Source: Methylococcales bacterium
Lineage (GTDB): Bacteria; Pseudomonadota; Gammaproteobacteria; Methylococcales; Methylomonadaceae
Assembly (NCBI GenBank): GCA_023134955.1
Contig: JAGLUC010000345.1
Coordinates: 1 to 38,688, forward strand
DNA: 38,688 nt
Direction of reading: 5' to 3'
Program-made: the position numbers and the translations under genes
In this document: piece after piece, positions 1 through 12,000 of the stretch
Numbering within the stretch: position 1 is the first letter of the stretch
Layout: the number at the start of each line of letters is the position of its first letter
The notes under the pieces: model-generated
The model's database searches: none
The model's input: the letters and a program-made list of their open reading frames with translations, nothing else
Told to the model about the DNA's origin: nothing

Positions 1-10
1 TAATTTTAAT

Positions 11-3000
11 TTGGCTCAATCTACCTTATCTGTTGATAGCAGTAGTTTTGGTTTTAGCGGTATAGAAAATCTTAATTTACAAGGTGGTGACAGCGGCAAT
101 ATCTTTACAATAGAAGATTGGACTGGGGGCTTTTCGATAACTGGCGGACTGGGAGAGGATTCACTGGTCGGTAGCAGTATTATAGATAACGACTGGGCTA
201 TTGATGGGCAGAATTCTGGGTTTCTAAACGACCAGTCTTTTTTGAGCATTGAGAGTTTATTTGGCGGTGCAGTTAATGATGACACCTTTACCTTTGAACA
301 GGCTGGCACGTTAAGTGGAGTTGTTGAAGGCGGAGATGCAGGCTACGATATTGTTGTTCTTGCCGGTACGTATGGAAATATTGACTACCAAGTTACAGGT
401 GAGCAGTCAGGTATTTTTGACTTAGATGGGGATATTCTCACCTTTGGGGGAATGGAGCCAATTATTGTAAACAGTGCGGGTACTTTTACCATTTCTGGTA
501 CCACGGGTGATGATAATGGTGTTAACTCGATTATCCTTGAAGATGTTAATGACTCAAGTGAGGTCACGATGCAGATATCGGGTCTCGGTGAAACAATTGC
601 ATTTCTTGATAACCCCATAGATAAACTGGTTATTAACGGGCTAGCCGGTAACGATACGGTTATCGTTGATTCAGTTGATTCAGCTTTTAATGCGGCACTT
701 GAAATCACCGCCGAAAGTATTCTTATCGAGGATACTGCAACAATTAATACAACCCACGATATTATTCTGATAGCTCTTGCCGATTCTGATTCGGGTATTC
801 AAACGGCTGAAATATTTATTGATGGTGACATCACTACGACGGGACACCTTAAATTAGCCGCACAAGTTGATAATGTAATTACCACTGCGAGTTTTTCTAG
901 TATATCAGAGATAACAGCATCATCAGCCCAAGCATTAGTGCGAGATGGTGCGTCTCTTGATGTCGGTACGCTGGAAATTACCGCACATACGAATGTTGAT
1001 ATTTCAGCGACACTTACGACTAACTCGCCACTTGCCTTGGTAACGATAGAGAGTACCCAAACAACGTATGCCGGTATTGCGGGTAATGTATCGGTCAAAG
1101 TAGGTTCTGGTTCAATTGGTGGCGTGCTTGGAAACCCAAGTTTATTGATTGAAGCAATTGATAGCTCTGAAATTGAAACTACGATTAACCATACAGCACT
1201 CGGTGCATTGCTGGGCAGTGCTTTAAATACAGGTTTTGACGCTTATATCAGCAGTATTGATATAAGCCGTGATACTCAAGCTTTTCTAGGGGATGGGTCG
1301 GGTACGATTAATAGTGTGCCTGTAGCACCATCAACGGGTTTAGTATGGGTTTATGCAGAAAATAAAGATGGTGCAAATGCCGGTATTGACGGAAAAGTAG
1401 AGTCTTTTCTTTTTGGCATGCATAGCAATACAGCCAGCAAAGACGATGTACTCGCTTTTGTTGATAATGCGCAGATGAACGTTGCTTCTTTGGAATTGAC
1501 GGCTAAAAATACCTCTAGCTACTCAGCAGACTCAAAAGTCTCTAGCAATAATGTTACCGGCCAAACCAAGGCTTATATTGTTGATAGTACAATTTCTGCA
1601 GCGCCTACATCGAATACGGATGGTGTCATTATTCTTGCTTCTGATACTGCATCTTACACGGCATTATCAGATGATTTTCAGGCTGATTTACTTGATTTTT
1701 CAACAATCGAATTTGGTAAAGCATCTGCTATTAACGAAGTAAACAAGCCAACTATGGCTTATATAAGTAATTCAGATGTTGATGTGACGGGCGGTGATGT
1801 CAGTGTAACTGCAATTAATAATGTCCAGCTTAGTGCCATAGCTAAGGCAGTAACAGTCATTGATAACAACGGAATTTTTGATACTTATTCCCTTAGTCTA
1901 GGAGGCACATTTGCAGCTAATGAATTATTCGGCAATGTCGAAGCCTATATTGCCGGTAGTACGATAGATGTTGCTGGTTCTGGTTCAGATGTGCTTATTA
2001 GTTCTACCAATACTACAGCTCTTGATGCCAGAGCGGAGGCGAGTACCAAAGCGACCGGTGGCTCAGGCTCCGCAGTAGGTATAACGGTTGCTTTCAACGC
2101 AATTGGCTGGGATGTAACTAACTTCCTGGGTGCTACGCTTGACACCTTGATTGGTACAGAACTGGCTACAACAGACCAGAGCATGCTCACATTGGCTTCA
2201 ATTAGCAACAGCACTGTTAACGCAGGTGGACAGGTTTCAGTAACAGCACTTTCTGAACAAGGTATTAATTCAACGGTTTCCAATGTGGCTGAATCTGTAG
2301 CTTCGGCACTCTTTGGTGCAAAAGGTATGGCGGTTGCAGGGATTGTTGCGAGTAACAGAGTTTCTAGCGCGGCTCGCGCTTATATAAAAGATAATGATGA
2401 TTCAGACGGAATGCCAACCGAGGTTATCGCAGGGGATCGTATTTCGGTTTCGGCTGAAGACAGTGCAGGTATATACTCAAACAGCAAGTTGGTATCTTCA
2501 TCAATCACCACCAATGACGGTGGTGCAGAGGTATTGCAGGACATAACTAACTTCTTCTTAAATGCGGATCATACTACGGATAATTTAGCTGTTACATTGG
2601 CCTTTGGAGACAGAGTGCGTTTGGCTGCTGACTACGCAGACGGAGGCAACGCAGGCAGTGTTTATGAATACCTCGGTCAAGATGGCTTTGATCCGACCGA
2701 TGCTGACATGAGCGAAACCGACCTAAGTGGCGTGGACTACTCAGACCTGGACTACTGGAAAGAAGTCTCAGAGACCCAGCTGATTCCACAAGGACTTAAT
2801 GTGACTGGCTCAGACTCCGTAGCCGTCGGCGGCATTGTTGTTGTCAATGATGTACGAGCAGGGGTTGAAGCGTATATAGATAATGCGACTGTCACCACCA
2901 GTAATGGCGATATTGCCTTAACTGCATTAGAGAACGCACAAATCAAAGCCACCGCTGACAGTACCGCAGAATCATCAGGCGGCAGTGCTTTTGGCACCGG

Positions 3001-6000
3001 TACATCCATCGCGGTCAATGCAACCATAGCCACCAATCTCGTACAAAGCACAGCCAGTGCACGAATTACCAACAGTATCGTACAAGCACAAGATAACACT
3101 CTTGATGAAGGCTTAGGCAATATCTCAATAGATGCACAGAACACAGCCATCTTAGAAGCCACCACCCTGATTTCAACAACAACTGGCGACACAGCCGTAG
3201 GCGCAGTATTAGCATTTAATACCGTAGGTTGGGAAGCACAAAATGTCCTGTTCAACACACTTGATGCACTGCTAGGAACCCCAATAGGAGTTGAAAATCC
3301 TGCAGCCGTTGAAGCATTAATAAAAGACTCAGACATACAGGCTGATGGCGACCTCACATTAATAGCTCAATCGACAGCAGCAATTACCGCAAAAGTCGGC
3401 AATGAAACCACAGCAGCAGCTTCTGCATTATTTGGCGCATCAGCAACCAGCTTTAGCGGCATTCTGTCAGCAAACCGGGTAAGTAGTGAAGCACAGGCCT
3501 ACATTGATAACACAGGCATCACACCCAATATAGTCGACCCAGATATTGAAATCAGGGGTGGTATTGCCATAAGCGCGAAAGATATGGCAGTCATAGGTTC
3601 ACAAACTCGCCTGCTTTCAACGACCTCATCCTCAAATGACGGAGGTACAGGCCTAGTTAATAGCCTGGCAAAAACCCTGCTAGATGGTTATCAATACACC
3701 ACCAACTCCGGCACTCAAATGCTGGACTTTGGCGACAAAGTTCGACTCACTGATGGTGTGGAATACACCGGTGGCGGAGAACCAGGTGTTGTCTACGAGT
3801 TTATGGGTGTAGATAGCACACAAATAATATTAGGAACAGAAGATTACAGCAACAAAGATTTCTGGAAAAAACTCAATGACGACAACATCATCCCAACCTC
3901 AATCGGTAAGACATTACTGAAAGAAGCGGGTGCAAAACTAGGGGGTGGTGCAGAAAGCATGAGCGGTCTCGTTTCACGTAATGATGTACGTAGCGATGTG
4001 GATGCATACATTGTTGCCGCAGTAGTGGAAGCAGCCGATGGTGATATTGTACTAACCGCATTAGAAGATGCAACCATCATAGCCAAGGACAGCAGTGAGG
4101 TTTCAGCCCTTGATGCGAAAGCAGGCGTAATTGTTAATAACCTCGTTCTCAGTGAAGCCGATGCAGCGATCAGAGACAGCCAAGTCACCGCACTGGATGT
4201 CTCCGGTGGGAATGGTAATATCAGTCTTGATGCTCGCAATACATCAACAATAGAAGCAACCGCACTAGGCTCAGTAAAAGGTAAGGAAGTCATCGGCTTT
4301 ACAGTGGCATTCAACACCATAGGCTGGCAAGCACAAGATTTATTAACACAAACAGTTGATGCCTTAATTGGTGCGCCACACATTGCAGAAGCAAGCGACC
4401 CAGTGGCCTTATCCAATGAAGCAGGTACACAGGATATTGGTTTTCGAGATGTAGTTGAGTTCGTTACTGGCTTTGGTACTGGAGACAACAATGGTGACCG
4501 CTACGAATTTCAAGGAACGGCAGAAGAAGGCGAAGGCTTAAATCTTGCCAATCAAGATTACACAGATACAACAAAATGGCGCAAACTCCTAGCTATTGAT
4601 GTCTTCGGTGGACTGCAACCTGCACGAGGACAAGCGTACACTCAAGACTCTGTCATTGTTGCAGACGGAGACCTGAGCTTAACAGCAATCTCAGCGGCTA
4701 ACTTAACAGCAACGTTGGGCAGCGAATCAAGCGCAATCAAAAAAACCGACTTTGCCATTCGAGCCAAATATGGCACCAGTGGTATGGGTGGCGGTGCATT
4801 ACTGGCAGGAAACAAAGTTAGCAGTGAAGCCAAAGCCTTTATCGACAACACAGGTATCACAACTGCTCCAGGTGTACTAAATATTGATGTGAACGGTGCA
4901 GTCACCATCAGTGCAGATGACACTGCGGGAATCCTGGCAGATATCGACTTAAAAGTAGAGTCATCCACTACAAGTACACTGGATGCGTTGAAAGGCGTAG
5001 CGGGTACGCTGGGTTTAGATGATTATGAATACACCATAGCATCCGGCACCAGAACAGTTGCGCCTGGTTTAGCTGAAGTCATCGCATCAGGGGAAGACCC
5101 TTTTGATCCAGCCAATGGATTTGCAGCACGACAATCAGGAGACCGCGTCTGGGTTTCGCAAGACTACATAGATAACAATGGACTTACCGCCTTATTAACA
5201 CAGGGTGTCTATGAATACACAGGGATAGAAGCAACGCTTGACCTAGGTGATCCAGCAAGTGCTGATTATACCAGTGGTGATTGGCATCGCCTGGCTCAAG
5301 CCGACTACGAAGACATCCTGTTTCCAGAAATTGGCAATGTAACCGACTCGGATTCACGGGCATTTGGTGGCCTGGTTGCAATGAACGATGTGCGCGGTGA
5401 CGTAGAAGCCTACATCACCAACGCAACGGTAGAAGCCGGTTCTATTGCCATGAGTGCAAAAGAAAATGCATTAATATCCTCGACAGCAACCAGCAACGTA
5501 TCCTCTTCAGGCGGCAGTGCATTTGGTACAGGTACCTCGTTAGCAGTAAACGGCCAGATAGTAACAAACCTAGTATTGAGTCATTCAAGAGCGTATATCG
5601 ATGACAGCACAGTTGGCACAACGGGTACGGGTGATATTGCGATAGATGCACAGAACACCTCAAGCATAGATGCAACACTTAACAGCTCAACACAGACTGG
5701 AGATACCGCAGTAGGCATTAGCCTGGCATTCAACTCCATAGGCTGGAAACCACAGAACGTACTGTTCAATGCAGTCGATACACTACTGGGCGACCCACTG
5801 ATCTCAGAAGCCTTTAATGGTGAAGACCCCGCACTAGTTGAATCATATATTCTTAACTCCGACATCAATGCTGGTGGTGATCTATTCATCACAGCGGATA
5901 ACAATACCCAGCTCAATGCCACCGTCAGCAATGCGGCATCATCGGAAGCCTCTGCGCTATTCAATGCAAGCGGAGCAGCGTACGGAGGTATTCTCGCCAG

Positions 6001-9000
6001 CAATAAAGTAAATAGTCAGGCACGTGCTTACATTGACAGAATGGGGGTAGCGACTGTTCATGCAGATGGCAATATCACCATTACAGCCGATGACAATGCC
6101 GGCATCTACTCCAACAGCAAGCTGGTATCCTCATCTATCACCACTAATGATGGTGGTGCGGCAGTTCTGCAGGAAACACTTAATGACTTATTGCCAGCAG
6201 AGTATACGGCAAGAAACACCCCAGAATCCGTCACCCTCGCTTTTGGCGATCGAATCCGGTTAGACGATGACTACGCAGGTGGAGGCAACGCAGGCAGTGT
6301 TTATGAATACCTCGGTCAGGATGGCTTTGATCCGACCGATAATGACACCAGCACTACCGACCTAAGTGGTGTGGACTACTCGGATCTGGACTACTGGAAA
6401 GAAGTCTCAGAGACCCAGCTGATTCCACAAGGACTTAATGTGACTGGCTCAGACTCCGTAGCCGTCGGCGGCATTGTTGTTGTCAATGATGTACGAGCAA
6501 GGGTTGAAGCGTATATAGATAATGCAACTGTCACCACCAGTAATGGCGATATTGCCTTAACTGCATTAGAGAATGCAACGATTATTGCTAATGTGGATAG
6601 TACGGCTTCTTCGTCTGGCGGAAGTGCTTTTGGCACTGGCACTTCGTTAGCAGTGAATGGTTCAATTGCGACAAATGTGATCCAAAGCTCCTCTAAAGCA
6701 TACATCATTGATAGTATGGTTACTGGTGGTGACCTTAGCGATTCGGATGGTAATGCATTTGGCAATATTGATATTAATGCCGCCAATACTTCTTTGCTAG
6801 AGGCTATTAATAAAAGTATGACTAGCAGTGGAGATACCGGTGTTGGTGTTGTCCTTGCTTTTAACTCCATTGGCTGGATGACCAGCAATGTTCTGTTTAA
6901 CAGTATAGATGCATTGTTAGGTGACCCACTAATATCCAGTGCATTTAATGGCGAAAGACCTGCTGAAGTTCAGGCTTTTATTCAAAACTCAACGGTTGAT
7001 GCAGATGGTAGCTTAGGTCTTAATGCCTTATCAAATGCTGTTATTAACTCAGAAATTAGTAATGAAACCACCTCCGCAGCATCTGCTCTTTTTGATGCGA
7101 CAGGTCTGGCAGTTGGTGCGATTTTGAGCAGTAACAAGGTGAGCAGTGAAGCACAGGCTTATATTGGTATTGCTGATCATCGTTCAGATAGTGGAACTTT
7201 GTGGGTAGAGCAAGGAGACCGGGTTAAACATGTCGGTGCAGTGTATGAATATAACGGTACAGAAGGTGCAATTAATCTTGCGGATAGTAGTCAAAATTAT
7301 GTGACTAATACAGCCGACTGGACTTCAGTCAGTGTTAATAATGATATTGATGCTGATGATGGACTTACAATTAATGCGGCTGATAATGCAACGATTCTCG
7401 CCGATAATTCACTCAAAGCATTATCAACAACAACTAATGACGGCGGCACTAGTATTTTGGCGGGGCACATTGAGAGTGCTCTCAATGAATATGGCTTTAC
7501 TACCAATTCGGGAACGCAGGATGTTTCAAATGGAAGTCTTGTTTATCTTGCCTCAGATTACACAGATGTGGGTGGTGCCGCTGCACAAACCGTGTATCGG
7601 TATAAAGGTGCTAGTTTAGAGTTAGATTTAGGCACTCAAAATTACGGAGATAGCAATGGTGATTGGGTTCTAATTGATCCTCTTGATCTTGAGTCATTTA
7701 CGCCACCAGGGGTTAATCTTAACGTCAGTTCTTCTGATTCTACGGCTATTGGTGGTTTAGTTGTACTTAATGATGTTCGTGGTTCAGTTGATGCATATAT
7801 AAATACAGCACAAGTTGATGTATCTACGTTTGTTTCAATTACAGCAACTGAAAATGCAAAAATTGATGCCCTGAATACCAGTGTTGCCAAAGCTGATGGT
7901 GGTAGTGCTTTTGTAGGGGGTAGTACTATTGCAGTTAATGCTGTTATTGCCACTAATTTAGTGCTGAGTGGGGCAAAAGCCTATATTGCTGACAGTAATG
8001 TAAATGCTATTTCGGGCGATGTTCAAGTACAGGCATTCAATACCGCTGAAATCAATGCCGTGATAGATAGCGAAACTACGGTAGAAGGCGGTGGCGATAG
8101 TTTTGCGATTGGTGTCACTCTGGCATTTAATTCCATTGGTATGAATTCACAGAATTTACTATTCAATACCATAGATGCGTTGTTTGGTACGGATATTGCC
8201 AATGAGAATCCTGTACAAGCCAGTGCGAAAATAATTAATTCTAATGTTGTTGCAGGTGGCAGTATTTTAGTTAATGCACGTTCCGAAATGGACATAGATG
8301 CAACCATGACAAATGCGGCTTTGGCAACTTCAGTCAGTTTGGAAGATAGTACTTCGGTGACTGTTGCTCCTATTGTTGCACTTAACCGTGGCAGTAGTGA
8401 GGCTTTGGCCAGTATTGAAAATTCAAATGAAGTAACGGCACAAAATGGCGATATTACTGTATCAGCCCAAGATATATCCGCTATTCATGCAGATGTGTCC
8501 GCTTCTTCAGCATCAATTGCTGTGAGTGCAGGTAAGTCAATTTCTGTTGCAGTTGCTACCTCATTTGCACGTAATCAACTTCGTTCTGTCGTGGATGCAG
8601 CTATTTTAGATTCAGGTTCGACAGCCACACCGGTTTCGGCACTTAATGGCGCAATTATTGTTAGCGCAGAGCGTAATGCCAGCATACATGCATCAAGTGT
8701 TGCCTCAGCATTGTCATTTTCTGCAAGTGGCGGTAGTGGTGTTGGTGTATCTGGAGGCGGGGCTGTAGCTATCAACCGTATTCTGGGAAGAACCGATGCC
8801 AGTGTGGAAAGAAGTGTTCTGATTGCAGATTCGGTAACCATTACGGCACAAAGTTCATCAGATATTGATGCAACTGTAGTAGCAGCTACTCTATCAGGTG
8901 CAATTAGTTTAGATGGTGGTACTGCAGTTGCAGTAGGTATTGCGGTAGCTGATAACTGGATTGGCTGGGATGATACTGCTGCTGCTGAGACATATGCAAG

Positions 9001-12000
9001 TGATCAAGTGCCTACAACGTTGGTAGCGAATGATGTTGTTAAAGTAGTAGAAGGTGGTCGACTAGGGGAGCACTACAAATATATTGGAGCAAACCAAACA
9101 GGTGGTGTTGATCTTTCGATTCAGGATTATGGTAATCCTTCACTATGGGAGCGTGTCGGTTTAAGTCGTGAAGGCTCAGAAACAGCAGCACATATGGATG
9201 ACAGTGCAATACTTAGCAGTATTGATGCAAAAGCTGATTTAACGATAGAAGCCAATGCAGAACAACTGATTATAGCAACCGTTTTTGCAGGGTCAATGGC
9301 TATTGGTGCGGGTAAAAATGGCGTAGGTGTTGCGGCCGGTGGGGTTTTTGCTCGCAACCGTATTGCTTCTGATCCTAGAGCTTATATTAGCGGCGATGAC
9401 AATGACAACGAAATAACGGTAGATAAAGCGACAATAACAGCTTATGACCGTTCAACTATTGATAGTTTTGCCGGTACAGCATCGATAGCAGGAGCTTTTG
9501 GCGGACAAAATGGAATTGCGGTATCAGTCGGTCTGACTATTGCAATGAATGAGATTTCTAATCAGGTGTCAGCTTATGTGTTTGATGCTGATTTGCATGT
9601 TAATGGATCTGATCATCAAGATGGTGTTCAAATTGGCGCATATGCAGGGGCAGCAAGTAACCATACGGTAGTTTCTCCGTCTGTGAATGCCGATGATCTT
9701 GATGATGCGGCTCAACAGGATATGGCTGAAGGCTCTAATGACACAGTTATACTTGATGCGACAGATGCCAGTGGGGATGTCACTATCATCAGTAATTTAC
9801 TGGCGGATCTGAACAGCCAATTAAGTATTGCTGAGCAAATATCAGGCAATATCAGTCTTTCTAAAATTAGCGATGATTTAGGCTGGGTTTTAGTTGATGA
9901 AAAAGGCCGGACTTTTAATCTAAATTTTAATGCATCAAATGATTTAGAGTTTAGTCGTGCATCAATTAATTCCGTTGCCCTTGCGGCATCATTGGCAGCG
10001 TCTTTTGGTGGCAGCTCCTCTGTAGCGGTTAGTGGTGCAGGTGCATACTCAGAAAATATTATCATAACAGCAACCAACGCCTATATTTCAGCAAGTGAAG
10101 TCGATAGTGTGGGTGATATTAGTATTACCGCTAATAATATCAGTTCCATTTCAGCCAATGTTATCGCCGCTTCTATGGCCGTCGGCGTAAGTGGTGGAAC
10201 AGGTGTCGGTGCATCTATAGGTGTTGCAATAGCAAGAAATTTTATCGGCATAGAGCGGGATGGCACAAACAGTGCCGCACTGGTTCAGACCTACACGGCT
10301 GCTTCCAATGTTTTTTCTGATGGCAACTTAACGCTTAATGCTCATTCAGATCAATCCATTCAAGCGGTAACTTTTGCAGGTTCAGTCGCAATAGCGGCTT
10401 CTGGTTCGGGTGCAATTAGTTTCTCCGGTTCTGGTGTCTATGTAGAGAATGTCGTTAATGTTGAGACACGGGCTTATATTGATGGAGACCGTAGTCCTGC
10501 TACTGGTAAAGCAATCAGTGCTGATAATATCACCATTGATGCAACGAATACCTCATCAATTTCTACATTCGCAGGTGCGGCATCAATTGCGGCTTCAGTT
10601 GGTAGTGCTTCTGTCGCTATATCTGTTGGCCTATCATTGGCTCAAAATGATATCGGCGGTGTTATTGAGGCTGCCATTCGTAACGTAGATGCAGGTGTGG
10701 AAGCGACAAATGGTGCAGTCACCATTAATGCAAAAGATGAGGCGGAAATAACAGTCACTTCTGCGGCAGCATCAATAGCTGCAGCGTTTGGTAGTGTAGG
10801 GGTTGCAGTATCAGGCGCAGGTGCTGAGGCAACTAATTATATAAATTCAGATACATCTGCACATATCACTGCATCTTCTGTTGATGCTACAGGTGATGTT
10901 AGTGTGGTCGCAGATGCGACTGGCGTTATTAGGTCGGCAGTAGTTGCCGCTTCTGCTGCGGTTGCTGTTGGTGCTACTGGTGTCGGTGCTTCAGTGGGTG
11001 TTGCGGTTTCACGTAATCTAATTGGCTACAAACAAGGTACGGCAGCGGCAATTTATGATACTTCGGACATAGCGGTTCCCTCTTTAACTAAAAATGTAAC
11101 GACAGTAGAAGTGCTTGAAGGCGCACGAGCAGGTGATGTCTTTAAATATATTGGTGATAGTGTTTCGGATGAAACTTATGACATGCGTAAACAGGACTTT
11201 TCCAATACTGATTTATGGGAGCAGATTAACCTAGAACAAGCGAATAAAGGTTCAATCGCATCAATTTACGACACTTCGGATACAGCTGTACCAGCATTAA
11301 CTAAAAATGTAACGACAGTAGAAGTGCTCGAAGGGGAACGAGCAGGTGATGTCTTTAAATATATTGGTGACAGTGTTGCGGCCGGAAGCTATGACATGGG
11401 TATACAGGACTTTTCCGATATTGATTTATGGGAACAGATTAACGTAGACAAAAATAGCAATAGTATTAAAGCCTTTTTACTTGATAGCTCAATTACTGCG
11501 GGTGGTGCATTGCTGGTTGATGCAAGTTCGACTCAATCAATTGATGCCTTAGCTTTTGCTGGTTCTGTGGCGGTAGCTGCTGGTTCGGTCGGTGTGGCGG
11601 TGTCAGGATCGGGTGTGGGGGTTGAAAACCGCATAGCAACAGATATTCATGCGTTTATTAGTGGTTCAGGTGTCAGTGGAATTAATGCTCAGTACATAAC
11701 TGTTAATGCTGATGATGACTCCAGCATTGATGCTTTCGGTGGAGCAGTTGGGGTATCAGCAGCATTCGGTGCTGTTGGTGTCGGTGTGGCCTTAGGGGTA
11801 TCAACCGTTATCAACGAAATAGCAAATGATGTTACGGCATTTATTAGCAATGCTGTAGATATAACAACAGATGGTGTGAACGGCTTAGGGCAGGGTGTTA
11901 CTGTTAGTGCATCATCCCCAGATCAAGAAATTCCTGACCTTGCCTTATCAAGTACTGGTTATACTGCTGCGGAATTAGATGATGCTGCTGGCGTTGAAAC

